A DNA stretch of 64,000 bases, from positions 62,245-126,244 of the forward strand of contig CAVXKN010000005.1 of assembly GCA_963762385.1 (NCBI GenBank), written 5' to 3'. The stretch is from an uncultured Acidobacteriota bacterium (lineage in GTDB: Bacteria; Acidobacteriota; Terriglobia; Terriglobales; Acidobacteriaceae). Each line of letters opens with the position of its first letter. The stretch's first letter is position 1. The position numbers and the translations under genes are program-made. Positions 46,538 to 57,360 of this stretch are shown here, one piece after another. The notes beneath the pieces are model-generated. The model searched no databases and was not told the DNA's origin. It was given only the letters and a program-made list of their open reading frames with translations.

Positions 46538-48502
46538 CTAATGGCTGGTGGCCCCGCTGTCATTGCTGACCGTGAGGCTGGAGACGTTCACTGGCTCGAA
46601 GTCCCCGAGGGTGAGACTCGTAAGGCATGAAAGATCGTTATCGTTCCACCGGGCATCGGGTGTGCCGATGAGCCCGCCGCTGTCTCCGTTATCCGCCAGG
46701 ATAATTCCATAGTTGCGAAACGCGGTAATGATTATGGCCGCTTGCGGACTGGTCGAGGCACAAGAGGGAGTCGCCACGGAAGCCTTCAGTCGATAGATTT
46801 CACCAGCGGGGCCCGACATAGTGCAGCTTGCGGGAGGAGTAGCTTGCGAAATTTCCGATTCCACCGGAATGGAACCTCCTCCCTGGGCCGTGCAACTGCC
46901 CACGCCCGCGGTTTGCGTAGCCGGCCAGACCCAATAGTTCAACATGTGATTGAGTGTGAACCGAATGGGATGCTGAATCGTACCTTTCGGTGAGCTGGGT
47001 GTGCCGGTGCCGATTACCTCGTCGGCGTTGGCGAGCAGCGGCCCTACCGGAAGTCCTGCGGCGTCGGACGTTCCATTGCCTTGCGGCGTGAGGTTATTCG
47101 AAGACACATTGGGCCAGAGCGCATTCGAGGAATCGGTCCAGGGACCGTCTTCGTAGATTCCTTGCCACATCTCGTATAGGGCGGGATTTTTTCCGCCGCC
47201 CGCCTTCAGGTAGACCAAAACGTGTCGATCTCCCTGCGAGTTGCTGGTACCCTCCACGGGAGCATTCGCGGGAATCGGACCAGAGTTGAAGTAGGCCTGA
47301 TACAAAGTGGTGGCAACCGCTACGTCCGCCTGGTTGTAGGGGACTTCAATCGCTGGGATTCCGTTCGGAAAGGGAGCATTCGAATTGTTTCCGAAGAATG
47401 GCTTCACCGTCGCGGGCAAATAGCCGCTGTACATCGGCGCTGCCGGGGAAGTATCCACGGGCAAGTTTGTGGCGGCTGCGTCCACGCGATGGTGAAAAAT
47501 AGAAGTGGACGGAAAGATGGTTGCCAGGAACGCGTTGTTGCCGTTGATGGCGAAACTGATGTTCTGAGTCGCCTGAGCATTGGTCGAGTCCGTCACGACA
47601 AATACCGGCGCGTACGTCCCTTGACCGCCGATCAGAGAGCTGCTGACGTTCCCCGTCGTTGCGTTGAGAGAGATCCCTTCAGGTAATGGAGGAAAGTTGG
47701 AATTCGTGCTTACGGAGTAGGTGTAAGGCGGAAAGCCACCTCTGGCGACGATTGTGCACCCGGCATATGCCGCGTCTTGGGTTCCGCCGGGGCACGAAGT
47801 GGTTGCGATCGTCAACGGACCGCCGGATGCTCCTACGGTTACCTTCGCGGAGGATGTGGCCGAGCCGGAGGCATTGGTTGCGGTCAGCGTGTAAGTAGTC
47901 GTCGCGGTTGGGCTCACGCTCGTCGAACCGCTTCCGGACGTAGACGTGAAAGTTCCCGGCGTGATGGCAATACTCGTTGCCCCGCTCGTCGCCCAACCCA
48001 GCATGCTGCTCGAACCTAAAGTGATACTTGAGGGGTTGGCTGTAAAAGAGATGATCGTCGGCTTGCTGGTCGTGCCTACGGTGACGGTCAGCGTAGACGT
48101 CGCCGACCCCGCGGTATTGGTTGCTGTCAGCGTGTAAGTGGTCGTCGCGGTTGGGCTCACGCTGGTTGAACCGCTTGCCGACGTGGATGTAAATGTCCCC
48201 GGCGCGATCGCGATACTCGTCGCTCCTGTTGCCGCCCAACTCAACGTGCTGCTGACGCCGGAGTTGATGCTGGTCGGATTTGCCGTAAAGGAGGTGATCG
48301 TCGGCGAGCCTTTTCCAGAGGATGAGCTCGACGAACTCGTGCCGCAACCCATCGGGCCGACACTAACAGCCAGAACAAGGACCAGAGCCCAAAGGTGTAG
48401 TCCTGAGGAATTGACCCCCCGAGCCCACGTGTCCGGCTTCGCGTAACAGCCGCTTGGCGCCGAGGTTAGATCGTTAAATGGGTTGTAGTTGTTCAGGGGC
48501 AT
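46538..48502 (-). CDS. lipoprotein with two tandem Ig-like repeats, a putative-Ig (He_PIG-like) module and a large conserved C-terminal domain of unknown function
   Basis: Lipobox-like VSVGPMGCG, Ser-rich linker, and two 81-aa repeats (PTITSFTANP...TYTLTATN...). FPPYTYSV...LPEGISLNATTG follows. No catalytic motif was recognised in the C-terminal domain. Confidence 0.72.
   Translation of the reverse strand: MPLNNYNPFNDLTSAPSGCYAKPDTWARGVNSSGLHLWALVLVLAVSVGPMGCGTSSSSSSSGKGSPTITSFTANPTSINSGVSSTLSWAATGATSIAIAPGTFTSTSASGSTSVSPTATTTYTLTATNTAGSATSTLTVTVGTTSKPTIISFTANPSSITLGSSSMLGWATSGATSIAITPGTFTSTSGSGSTSVSPTATTTYTLTATNASGSATSSAKVTVGASGGPLTIATTSCPGGTQDAAYAGCTIVARGGFPPYTYSVSTNSNFPPLPEGISLNATTGNVSSSLIGGQGTYAPVFVVTDSTNAQATQNISFAINGNNAFLATIFPSTSIFHHRVDAAATNLPVDTSPAAPMYSGYLPATVKPFFGNNSNAPFPNGIPAIEVPYNQADVAVATTLYQAYFNSGPIPANAPVEGTSNSQGDRHVLVYLKAGGGKNPALYEMWQGIYEDGPWTDSSNALWPNVSSNNLTPQGNGTSDAAGLPVGPLLANADEVIGTGTPSSPKGTIQHPIRFTLNHMLNYWVWPATQTAGVGSCTAQGGGSIPVESEISQATPPASCTMSGPAGEIYRLKASVATPSCASTSPQAAIIITAFRNYGIILADNGDSGGLIGTPDARWNDNDLSCLTSLTLGDFEPVNVSSLTVSNDSGATSH
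47819..48304. repeat. tandem 243-bp coding repeat (2 copies) inside the lipoprotein gene
   Basis: The DNA blocks near 47877-47990 and 48117-48230 are nearly identical by eye, and the protein repeats share most positions. Confidence 0.8.
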
Positions 48503-48763
48503 CGCGAACAGAACTCAGTCTATGGCCGACGCCGTCGTCGATGGAACTCTCCGAGGTCGTAGTCCCTCGGGTCACCTGCGCAAGTTCGCAAATCGCGCGC
48601 TGTGTGTAATTCGACGTAGCACGGCTGAGCCGGATGCTTCGGCAATTACGGTAGTGGGCAAGCTTCGTTCCGCTGCCTCAGAGCGTCCTGCGTTGACTCG
48701 CCGATGCCCCGCCGTTAAGATGGAGCGGCTCGCAGCCGCGTATCGTCTGCGCGTATCTTCTGA

Positions 48764-51520
48764 ATGATCGACCAAGTTATTTCGCATTACCGCGTTGTCG
48801 AGAAGCTCGGCGGCGGTGGCATGGGTGTGGTCTACAAGGCCGAAGACACCCGCCTTCACCGCTTCGTTGCCCTGAAGTTTCTGCCCGACGAGGTGGCGCA
48901 GGACTCTCTGGCGCTGACCCGCTTTCAGCGTGAGGCGCAAGCCGCTTCCGCCCTCAATCATCCCAATATCTGCACCATTTATGACATCGGTGAGCATGAG
49001 GGCCATGCCTTCATCGCCATGGAATTCCTGGATGGAGTGACCCTGAAGCATCGGATCGCGGGTCGGGCGATGGATCTGGAAAGCATTCTGCCGCTAGCGA
49101 TCGAAATCGCGGAGGCATTGGATGCGGCCCATGCCGAAAGAATCGTGCATCGCGACATTAAGCCGGCGAACATATTCGTAACCAAACGCGGACATGCCAA
49201 GATCCTCGATTTCGGGCTGGCCAAAGTAAAGTCCTCTCCGGAAAACCCCGCGGATGGGATGACGGCCGCGACCGCAGGCCCCGACTTGCAATTCCTGACC
49301 AGCCCAGGCACGGCGGTTGGGACGGTCGCGTATATGTCCCCCGAGCAGGCCAAGGGAAAAGAACTCGACCCGCGCACCGACCTGTTTTCGTTCGGGGCAG
49401 TCTTGTATGAAATGGCAACCGGCAGAGTGCCGTTCCAGGGAGAGACTTCGGCGATCATCTTCGACGCGATTCTGAACCGGGATCCCGTGCCACCGGTTCG
49501 ATTGAATCCACAACTACCAGCGAAGCTGGAAGACATCATTAATAAGCTGCTGGAGAAAGATCGCGAACTGCGCTATCAGTCGGCGGCGGAAGTCCGGAGC
49601 GATCTGAAGCGGCTCAAGCGCGACACGGAATCGGGACGCTCGGTGGCGTCGTCGGGAAGTGAAAGTGCGCAAGCAAGTTCGGCGATAACTGCAGAGGTCA
49701 GCGGAAGGGTGCCGACGACAGCAGCATCGTCATCCAGCAGTTCGTCGCTGGCAACGGCGGCTCGAGAGCACAAGACCGGTTTGGGAGTAATTGCTGCGGT
49801 GGCGTTGTTGTTAGTGGCGGCCGCCGGCTTCGGAATCTACTCGCTGTTCTTCTCCCGTCGCAGCGTGCCCTTTCAAAGCATCAAGATTTCAAAAGTCAGC
49901 GGCACTCACAATGCTCACCTGGGCATGATTTCGCCTGACGGCAAGTATCTGGCATATGTCCTTAACGAAGAAGGGAACGAATCGTTGTGGTTGCGGCACA
50001 TGGCCACGGAGAGCAACGTGCAAATCGTCAAGCCGGAGCGCGTCCACTTCGAAGCTATGTGCTTTTCCCTCGACGGCAGTTACATCTACTTCACTCACTC
50101 GGAGGTGGCGAGCGGTCCGGCATCGCAAGACTACGATCTGTACAGAACCCCCGTGTTGGGCGGGAATCCGCAGCTCCTGTTAAAGGATATCGATTCGACT
50201 CCGAGTTTTTCTCCCGATGGGCAACGCTTTGTATTTTTGCGGGCCAACGACCCGGAGCCGGGCAAATACTTCGTCCTGATCGCGAGCGCGGACGGCAGCG
50301 GCGAGAAAACTATCTTCACCGGCTCGATGACGGTCCCGCTGTTTGCGCCGGTCTGGTCGCCCGATGGGACAGTGATTGCTGCACTGGTGTATCCGGTGAC
50401 CGCAGGCGACATCACCTCGCTAGTCATGATCGATCCTGCGAACGGAAGTCAGAAAACCGTTTACCGTGCGGGCGACTTCGTGATTAACAACCAGGCGTGG
50501 CTGCCCCGGCAGAACGGGCTGGCCGTGATTTTCGCCGGTCCCGATACCTTTTTCCGGCAGCAACAGATTGGCATCGTCAGTTATCCGCAGCCGCAGTTCC
50601 GGCAGATTACGGCCGACACGAACGATTATTCGAGTCTAAGTGTCTCCTCCGACGGCTCCACCATCGCCAGCGTCATGCGCCAGCCTACACGGGACGTTTA
50701 CCTGAGCAGCGGCGAGAAGCCGGATTACTCCGACGCAAGGCAAGTGAGTTCCGGCGAACTGCTGTGGACGGTTTCATGGACTGCGGATGGCAAGATCCTG
50801 GCCGAACAGGACTCCACTATCAAAGTGATGGGGCTCGATGGCGCGGGTAATTCGCTGCCTGCGGAAAAGGACACGACGTCGCAACACCCGCATGGCTGCG
50901 GTGAAAACCTTGTGGTCTTCACTCGATCCATCGCTAAGATGGGCACGCGGAATCTCTGGGTGAGCGCAGTCGACGGCACCGGATTACGCCAGCTTACCAC
51001 CGGGAAATATGACGACCTGGCAGCCTGCTCCCCGGACGGGAAGTGGGTCTTCTATATGGATCTGAGCGACCGCGAGTTTATGAAAGTACCGCTGAGTGGC
51101 GGAAAGCCGGAATTGTGGCTGAAAGCGTCCGCAGAGAATAATGCGGGTTTCGACGTATCGCGCGACGGCAAAATGGCGGTGCTGGGAAGTTACGACTTCA
51201 CTGCGCGAAAGCCAACGATTTTCCTGTTCTCACTGGAGACCGGGCAAATGGTTAAGAAATTCGAATATGATTCCCGTCACGAGGGTACCCTGCGGTTCAG
51301 CCCTGACGGAAAAGGCTTTGTCTATCCCGTCCGCGACAAAGGCGTCGACGATCTTTACCTGCAGCCCTTGGACGGCAGCGCGGGACGGCCACTTACCAAT
51401 TTCACTTCTCTGAAGATCTATTCCTACCAATGGTCCCCCGACAGCAAGAGCCTCGCGCTGGTACGCGGCGATTCACCCTCGGACCTGGTTCTGATAAAAG
51501 ACGCAAAGAGTAAAGACTAA
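48764..51520 (+). CDS. Ser/Thr protein kinase fused to a TolB-like (PD40) beta-propeller; intact paralogue of 14987-17696
   Basis: [29 protein letters not shown], and YMSPEQ, then a TM segment and repeated SPDG/SxDG propeller blades. 918 aa. Confidence 0.9.
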   Translation: MIDQVISHYRVVEKLGGGGMGVVYKAEDTRLHRFVALKFLPDEVAQDSLALTRFQREAQAASALNHPNICTIYDIGEHEGHAFIAMEFLDGVTLKHRIAGRAMDLESILPLAIEIAEALDAAHAERIVHRDIKPANIFVTKRGHAKILDFGLAKVKSSPENPADGMTAATAGPDLQFLTSPGTAVGTVAYMSPEQAKGKELDPRTDLFSFGAVLYEMATGRVPFQGETSAIIFDAILNRDPVPPVRLNPQLPAKLEDIINKLLEKDRELRYQSAAEVRSDLKRLKRDTESGRSVASSGSESAQASSAITAEVSGRVPTTAASSSSSSSLATAAREHKTGLGVIAAVALLLVAAAGFGIYSLFFSRRSVPFQSIKISKVSGTHNAHLGMISPDGKYLAYVLNEEGNESLWLRHMATESNVQIVKPERVHFEAMCFSLDGSYIYFTHSEVASGPASQDYDLYRTPVLGGNPQLLLKDIDSTPSFSPDGQRFVFLRANDPEPGKYFVLIASADGSGEKTIFTGSMTVPLFAPVWSPDGTVIAALVYPVTAGDITSLVMIDPANGSQKTVYRAGDFVINNQAWLPRQNGLAVIFAGPDTFFRQQQIGIVSYPQPQFRQITADTNDYSSLSVSSDGSTIASVMRQPTRDVYLSSGEKPDYSDARQVSSGELLWTVSWTADGKILAEQDSTIKVMGLDGAGNSLPAEKDTTSQHPHGCGENLVVFTRSIAKMGTRNLWVSAVDGTGLRQLTTGKYDDLAACSPDGKWVFYMDLSDREFMKVPLSGGKPELWLKASAENNAGFDVSRDGKMAVLGSYDFTARKPTIFLFSLETGQMVKKFEYDSRHEGTLRFSPDGKGFVYPVRDKGVDDLYLQPLDGSAGRPLTNFTSLKIYSYQWSPDSKSLALVRGDSPSDLVLIKDAKSKD

Positions 51521-51582
51521 TAGCCACCTGACGCCGGATGCTTACCCGGTAACCGGCTTGAAATAGAACCCTCCGCCATCTT

Positions 51583-52593
51583 CTACCCCAAGGTCGGTCG
51601 CGCCTGCCATGAAGTTGGCCTCAGCGCAAGCCCATGGTTGCTGACCGTGGACGGAAAACTGATAGACACAGCGTCCTGCCCGTGGAAGACGATAGTCACG
51701 CGGGTTTCGGCTTCGACGGCTTCACCGTTCAATTCATGACGAGTGTATCGCCAGAGCCGGACGGCCTGTACCGCGGCCTCGGCCAAACTCCGATTGCCAC
51801 TCAATACGTGAATTTCTTTCACCCGGCCGTCGGTTGCGATCACGACGTTCATGCCGACCTTGCCAGCGAGGTTGGCCTCGGGGGCGGTCGGAATTATCAC
51901 ATGGCTTTGTGGCGCTTCCGCCACTTGCAAACGATTTGAGCCGGGATTGGTTTCCTCCCTGGAGAAAATTACTCTTACATTGCCATACGGTCTCGGGTTC
52001 GTCGAAACCACAGGCACAACCGCAGCAGGAACGGATTTTGGCAAAGGGATGGTCGCAGCTTGCTCCGAGTTCTTAAGAATCCAAGATCGGACGAATACCA
52101 GCGCCGAAACTGCCATGAGCAGGCTGGCGGCGACGGCGATACAGCGCGTCCGCAGATTCATGCGCTGGCCCACCCGAGAACGGATCGAACGAGGTTGGGG
52201 AGGCTCTTGATACGGCTCCGCGGAGCGGGGAGTCAGGATTGCAAGATTATCTCTCGAATGGGAACCGCCAGGAACTGCAGGTTCGTCGGGAAGATCGACT
52301 CCCCAGATTTTTCGTTCGAACGCCACCGACTCAATGCCCGCCCGAATCTCGCCTGGGCCGATCTCCTCGGTCCAGATCACCCGAAACCGAAACTTGTTTT
52401 GGCCCCGCTGCAGCATGATGGTTTGACCCGTTTGCAGCGGGTTGCACAATCCCCCCAGCCGTCCGCCGATAGGGCTGATGTCCACCGTATGGGCAAGTTG
52501 GGGCCGGGCGTTCGGACCATCCTCGTCGTCGGCCCAGAACCGCAACGGCAGCACCATCTTGGTGCGCTGATAACGCTGAACTCCTGGCGGCAT
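51583..52593 (-). CDS. PilZ-like N-terminal domain, TM segment and TonB_C domain fusion protein
   Basis: N-terminal QRYQRTKMVLPLRF...VDISPIGGRL has a DxSxxG motif, but the Arg motif is RxxR. TM segment CIAVAASLLMAVSALVFV. C-terminal GKVGMNVVIATDGRVKEIHVLSGNRSLAEAAVQAVRLWRY is TonB_C-like. Confidence 0.65.
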   Translation of the reverse strand: MPPGVQRYQRTKMVLPLRFWADDEDGPNARPQLAHTVDISPIGGRLGGLCNPLQTGQTIMLQRGQNKFRFRVIWTEEIGPGEIRAGIESVAFERKIWGVDLPDEPAVPGGSHSRDNLAILTPRSAEPYQEPPQPRSIRSRVGQRMNLRTRCIAVAASLLMAVSALVFVRSWILKNSEQAATIPLPKSVPAAVVPVVSTNPRPYGNVRVIFSREETNPGSNRLQVAEAPQSHVIIPTAPEANLAGKVGMNVVIATDGRVKEIHVLSGNRSLAEAAVQAVRLWRYTRHELNGEAVEAETRVTIVFHGQDAVSISFPSTVSNHGLALRPTSWQARPTLG

Positions 52594-52842
52594 TGACTAC
52601 AGATTGCGTTTGATCGCAAGGCAAAATCAAGTTACCGACGTTTGGATACGTCAGGGGCTCTTCCAGGCAACGGGGTATGGCAGCTAGGGAGCGGATCGCC
52701 CGTCATCTAGCGCAAAACCTCGACCGGAGGTTCGCCCCGTTCCCACCCGCCGTCCGCCGTGGAAATCGCGAAGATATTGAGATCTTGGAACCTCATCATC
52801 CATACGTTGGTTTGGACACGTGCTAGTCTGACCTAGCACCCG

Positions 52843-54387
52843 ATGCACAACCGCGACACCCAGGCAGCTTGGAAGTATCACGATGGCACGAAGCATTCCT
52901 ATTGGAGTATTCGCAACAATCCTCACTTCCTGGATTGGGCGAATCGGCCGCACCCTTTCAAAATCTATCCGAGGATAGAGCCATTTCTCCTGCCTCGGGA
53001 CGTACCGCAAACCGGGGTGGCCGCGCTCTCCGCGATCTCGGAACCAGTGCGCTCCTCGCCGGCCGATTCGATCCCCGACCTTCGCGATCTGGCACGCCTC
53101 CTGTATTTCTCGGCAGGGATTACCAAACAGCGCACATCTCCGGGCGGAGAAATCTATTTTCGCGCCGCGGCTTGCACCGGAGCTCTCTACGAGATCGAAC
53201 TGTACGTCGTGACTGGCGATCTCGCGGGCTTGGACGCGGGCGTGTATCACTTCAATCCGGTAGATATATCGCTACGGCTGCTGCGAAAAGGTGATTTTCG
53301 GGGAAACCTTGCTCAAGCGACCGCGATGGAACCGGCAGTGGTTCACGCGCCTGCGACCATCGTCTGTACAGGAACGTACTGGAGGAACGCATGGAAATAT
53401 CAAGCGCGGACGTATCGCCATTTCGGTTGGGACAACGGCACGCTGCTGGCTAATCTGCTGGCCATTTCTGCCGCTTCGGGGCTACAGGCCGAGATCGTAG
53501 TCGGGTTCGTGGACACCGAAACGAACCGTCTCCTGGATCTGGATACACGGCGTGAAGTTTCGTTATGCCTGATGCCGGTCGGGCACACCTCGCATAGTTC
53601 GGGACCCGCTCCGAAGGAAGCTCCAGCACTCGGCTTGGACACGATCCCGCTGTCGCCGCACCAGGTCGAGTACTCCGCCATGCTGGAGATGCACGCCGCG
53701 TCTTCACTCGAGTCGGAGGAGGAAGTGCTTCAATGGCGCGGCAAGCGGCCCCTGTTTGAATCGTCCTCTCCAGCGGGCAAGGAAATTCAACTGCGGGAAC
53801 TGCCGGAAGCGGAACAGCCCAAGGACACAATCGAGCAAGTGATTCTCCGCCGTGGCTCTACCCGGCAATTCGATAAGTCGGCATCCATTACGATGGCGCA
53901 ATTCTCGACTACTCTCGAGTGCGCAACGAAAGGTCTTCCCGCGGACTTCCTTCAGCCTCCCGGCGCGCAGCTCAACGATCTTTACCTGATTGTGCATTCG
54001 GTGCTGGGCCTGGAGCAGGGCGCTTATTTCTTCCACCGCGAGCGGAACTCCCTGGAGCTTTTGAAAGAGGGGAAATTCCGCGCCGAGGCTCACCATCTTG
54101 GACTAGAGCAGGATCTGCCGGCGGATGCTTGCGTAGACATCTTTTTTCTCGCTGATTTGAAACGCATCCTTGATGGATACGGGAACCGCGGCTACCGCGC
54201 CGTCCAGTTGGAAGCGGGCGCAATTGGCGGGAAGATGTATCTGACTGCGTATGCTCAGCACCTGGGCGCCACTGGGCTGACCTTCTTCGACGATGACGTG
54301 ATTAATTTCTTTTCACCGCACGCGAAAGCCAAAAGTGCCATCTTCCTGCTGGCGATTGGCAAACCGCTGAAACGCAAACCGCAATAG
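52843..54387 (+). CDS. SagB/ThcOx-type dehydrogenase (double nitroreductase-fold) protein
   Basis: YHDGTKHSY...RPHPFKIYP, LLYFSAGITK, AAACTGALYEIELYVV, and a second nitroreductase-like half (ILRRGSTRQF...QLEAGAIGGKMYLTA). Confidence 0.78.
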   Translation: MHNRDTQAAWKYHDGTKHSYWSIRNNPHFLDWANRPHPFKIYPRIEPFLLPRDVPQTGVAALSAISEPVRSSPADSIPDLRDLARLLYFSAGITKQRTSPGGEIYFRAAACTGALYEIELYVVTGDLAGLDAGVYHFNPVDISLRLLRKGDFRGNLAQATAMEPAVVHAPATIVCTGTYWRNAWKYQARTYRHFGWDNGTLLANLLAISAASGLQAEIVVGFVDTETNRLLDLDTRREVSLCLMPVGHTSHSSGPAPKEAPALGLDTIPLSPHQVEYSAMLEMHAASSLESEEEVLQWRGKRPLFESSSPAGKEIQLRELPEAEQPKDTIEQVILRRGSTRQFDKSASITMAQFSTTLECATKGLPADFLQPPGAQLNDLYLIVHSVLGLEQGAYFFHRERNSLELLKEGKFRAEAHHLGLEQDLPADACVDIFFLADLKRILDGYGNRGYRAVQLEAGAIGGKMYLTAYAQHLGATGLTFFDDDVINFFSPHAKAKSAIFLLAIGKPLKRKPQ

Positions 54388-54434
54388 GCGCCGGACAGGG
54401 AGTAATCCAAAGTGAAGGCCGCGCCGGATTTGTC

Positions 54435-55031
54435 CTAATGAGTCGGCTTTTCGATCACGATCCTACGAAGTGGGTCTAAGCGGGCAATCTGGGCGAGGTA
54501 CTGCGTGGCGCGCTCGGCACATGAGTCCAAGCTTGCTTCTGTGTCGATAACGAGTTTGGGGTTGTCAATCGGCTCCCATGTCTTTCGGATTTGCCGATAC
54601 AGCTCTGGCGTTCGATTCATGGCTGGGTGTATCCGCTCTATTGCCGCCTGTTCCAGGCGTCCGAGCGCGGTTTGTTCAGAGCAGACGCACTCCAGGATGG
54701 CCCACCCGGTCTGCAATCGCGAGCAGAACTCGAGCGCCCACTGACGCTGGTAGCGCCGTGAGAATGTCCGTCCATCCAAAAGAACGTACAACGACGAATT
54801 CCTTCCCAGCAGATACGCAGCCGTCTGCAGCATGATCTCCTGACAGAAATCGTCCTGCACCCGCGAATATTCCACGTGTGCCGGCGTGAAGAGGCCCGCC
54901 CGAATTATGTCTTTATCGAGCACCGCACCCGGAAGCCGCTGCGCAAGCAAGCGAGCGATCGTGCTCTTTCCCGTACCCGGGAGGCCCGCCATCATCACAA
55001 TCATCGGCAATTCCGAGCTACGTGAACGCAA
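54435..55031 (-). CDS. P-loop kinase-like ATP-binding protein (AAA_33-like)
   Basis: The Walker A motif MAGLPGTGKST lies near the N-terminus. About 190 aa. Confidence 0.65.
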   Translation of the reverse strand: MRSRSSELPMIVMMAGLPGTGKSTIARLLAQRLPGAVLDKDIIRAGLFTPAHVEYSRVQDDFCQEIMLQTAAYLLGRNSSLYVLLDGRTFSRRYQRQWALEFCSRLQTGWAILECVCSEQTALGRLEQAAIERIHPAMNRTPELYRQIRKTWEPIDNPKLVIDTEASLDSCAERATQYLAQIARLDPLRRIVIEKPTH

Positions 55032-55149
55032 CCCTCTAAAGTCTCCATCAGATTCTGCGATCGGAATACGGTCCAGGAACGACGATGTCCGCCCCTGCGG
55101 ATTGATGCTAGCATGCGCAGTAATTACTCGCTGGCGATCAGAACACGCT

Positions 55150-56592
55150 TCATCTGCTGAAGATTGTGGTTGACGATCCAGCGGCTTCCATTTGCGTTAC
55201 TTGAAGCGGCAGTTCCACCAGGAAGGTTGATCCCTTGCCCGGAGAGCTTTGAACAGTAATCGATCCCTGGTGTTGTTGCACGATCCATTGAGCGATCGCG
55301 AGTCCGATGCCCGCGCCGTTTAAGTCGCGGCTTCTGGCTTTATCGACGCGATAAAAGCGTTCGAAAATCCTGGGCTGTTCTTCGAGGGCGATTCCGATGC
55401 CGGAGTCCCGGACTCGAATGATCGCGGAAGAACCTCTGGTTTCAAGACCAAGCTCTATGGTCCCGGGCACGGGCGTGTATTTCACCGCATTGTCCAATAG
55501 CAGGGTGGGCAGGCGTTGCAGGGCATTACAATCTCCGAGAACGGCGATCTCATCGCCGGTCATCTCGCGGATGAAGGCTAAATTGCGCGTCGCCATCAAT
55601 TCTTGCCATTGTTCGCCGACTTCGCGAACGATCATAAATAAATCCACCGAAGCGATGCGCAAGGTTTCCCGCCCCGAATCGGCGCGGGCGAGGGTCAACA
55701 ATTCTTCAACCAGAGCTGTGGTTCTCTCCGCTTCCAGGAGAATGTGCCGCAAGGCTTCGCGATACTCGGTGTCGCCACGGGATCTTCTTAGAGCGATCTC
55801 CGCTTCGGTGCGAATCAGGGAGATGGGCGTGCGCAGTTCGTGAGAGGCATCCGCCGTGAACTGAGTCACGCGGATAAAGGCGTGCTCGATGCGGCCCAGC
55901 ATTTCATTCAAAGTGTCCGATAGCCGTTGCAGTTCATCGCCGGTGGTCAGCTTCTCGAGCCGGTCGCTCAGGTTGGTGGCATTGATGGTTCGCGCGGTTC
56001 GGGTGATCGCGTCCACTGGCGATAAGGCTTTTCGGCTCAGCCAGAAGCCTACGCCAGCAGCGGCAAGCAGCAGTGGCGGGGCAAACATAAGCAGGTAGCC
56101 TCGAAACAGAGTCAGCATCTGATTGACTTGATCGAGCGGGAGTCCGGTCTGCACTGTGAAAACGCGGCTGTTGGCCTCGATCCTTTGAGTCACAAAGCGG
56201 AGAGATCGGCCCAGTTGCTCATCGCGATAGCGGTAGTGCATCAATCGGTGAGGAGCTGCTGGCGTCAAAGGATGTTGTTTCAGGAAATCAGAACGAAAGA
56301 TCCAAGCGCCATCACTTTCGTCATAGATCTGCAGATAGTCGCCGGAGTGTTCGAGTAAATAGGCTTCCGCGACTTCTTCCTGCAGCTTGGCGACGGTAGC
56401 GTTTTTCTTCTGAGCTTCCATAAAGTTCGTCAAATCGTCGATTTGCCCTTGCAAAGCATCGTCGGTGATGCGGTACAAGCTGCGTCGCGCGAGGAACCAC
56501 ATGCCGGTGCCGAAAATAAGTTGCGCCGCGGCGAATAGCACCAAGTACCAGAGCGTGAGGCGAACCCCAATCGACCATTTCTTCACCATCAA
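55150..56592 (-). CDS. sensor histidine kinase (CusS/heavy-metal-sensor-like: 2 TM, HAMP, HisKA, HATPase_c)
   Basis: H-box FTADASHELRTPIS, N-box LLDNAVKYT, and G-boxes RDSGIGI and GAGIGLAIA. The stop/start overlaps the response regulator gene. Confidence 0.9.
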   Translation of the reverse strand: MMVKKWSIGVRLTLWYLVLFAAAQLIFGTGMWFLARRSLYRITDDALQGQIDDLTNFMEAQKKNATVAKLQEEVAEAYLLEHSGDYLQIYDESDGAWIFRSDFLKQHPLTPAAPHRLMHYRYRDEQLGRSLRFVTQRIEANSRVFTVQTGLPLDQVNQMLTLFRGYLLMFAPPLLLAAAGVGFWLSRKALSPVDAITRTARTINATNLSDRLEKLTTGDELQRLSDTLNEMLGRIEHAFIRVTQFTADASHELRTPISLIRTEAEIALRRSRGDTEYREALRHILLEAERTTALVEELLTLARADSGRETLRIASVDLFMIVREVGEQWQELMATRNLAFIREMTGDEIAVLGDCNALQRLPTLLLDNAVKYTPVPGTIELGLETRGSSAIIRVRDSGIGIALEEQPRIFERFYRVDKARSRDLNGAGIGLAIAQWIVQQHQGSITVQSSPGKGSTFLVELPLQVTQMEAAGSSTTIFSR

Positions 56593-57263
56593 ACCTCCGA
56601 CCGCATAATGTATCCAACTCCCCGTACGGTGTGAATCAGCCGCTCACGATCACTGCTGTCGATTTTGTTACGCAGAAGGCGCATGAAGGCATCGAGCGTA
56701 TTGCTTTCAATTTCCGATTTGCGTCCCCATACAGAGAGAATCAGCATCTCGCGAGGAACCACCCTGCCGGCATTGCTCATGAGGCGCTCGAGCAAGCTGT
56801 ATTCGGTTCGCGTGAGGTTGATCGGTTCGCCAGCGCGACTAACCTGGTGAGTCGCGGGATCGAGCCATAGGTCTGCGACCTGAAATGCCGAGGGTTGGCA
56901 CGCGGACGCTCGTCGCTTCACCGCCCGCAATCGCAGCAGGAGTTCGTTGAAGGAAAAAGGCTTCGTCATGTAGTCATCGGCCCCCAAATCCAGGCCTTGC
57001 ACGATATCGGCAACAAAGTCTTTTGCCGTTAGCATGAGAACCGGCGTCGAGTTTTTCTGAGTGCGCATCTGCAACGCGAGCTCGAAACCGCTCATTCCCG
57101 GCATCATCACGTCGAGGATTACGACATCGAATTCCTGCTCCCGAAGTTTGAACCAAGCCTGATTGCCATCGGCTGCACAGAACACTGAGTGTCCCTCTTC
57201 GACGAGTCCTCGCCGAAGCAATTCCAGCATCCGCGGCTCATCTTCCACAACTAGCAGTCTCAT
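56589..57263 (-). CDS. OmpR/PhoB-family response regulator (CusR-like)
   Basis: MRLLVVEDEP...VILDVMMPGMSGF...LMLTAKD in the receiver domain, and a C-terminal winged helix (LTRTEYSLLERLM...VRGVGYIM). Alternative starts lie at 57269 and 57290. Confidence 0.9.
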   Translation of the reverse strand: MRLLVVEDEPRMLELLRRGLVEEGHSVFCAADGNQAWFKLREQEFDVVILDVMMPGMSGFELALQMRTQKNSTPVLMLTAKDFVADIVQGLDLGADDYMTKPFSFNELLLRLRAVKRRASACQPSAFQVADLWLDPATHQVSRAGEPINLTRTEYSLLERLMSNAGRVVPREMLILSVWGRKSEIESNTLDAFMRLLRNKIDSSDRERLIHTVRGVGYIMRSEV

Positions 57264-57344
57264 GGACATGATTCGTGACTGGAGGTACAAGCTTAACCCT
57301 AGGGTAGAACGGCGACGGGCTAGAAAGCGCAGTCTGAAAAAAAA

Positions 57345-57360
57345 TTAACCGTTCTTTAAC
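57345..57360 (+). promoter_or_regulatory. direct repeat TTAAC-N6-TTAAC (11-bp phasing) in the TCS/TBDR divergent intergenic region; a third TTAAC lies at 57293
   Basis: Read directly. The 11-bp phased direct half-sites are the usual geometry for OmpR/PhoB-family binding. This is speculative. Confidence 0.25.

Noticed and set aside
47819-48304. A possible CRISPR-like or non-coding repeat array.
   Set aside because: It has only two units of 243 bp with no spacers. It lies fully in-frame within a long ORF and encodes Ig-like modules.
52843-55031. SagB-type dehydrogenase as a marker of a TOMM/RiPP cluster.
   Set aside because: No YcaO/cyclodehydratase, precursor-like small ORF or transporter is adjacent. 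The protein is the stand-alone double-nitroreductase form. The neighbouring P-loop kinase is convergent, not co-oriented.
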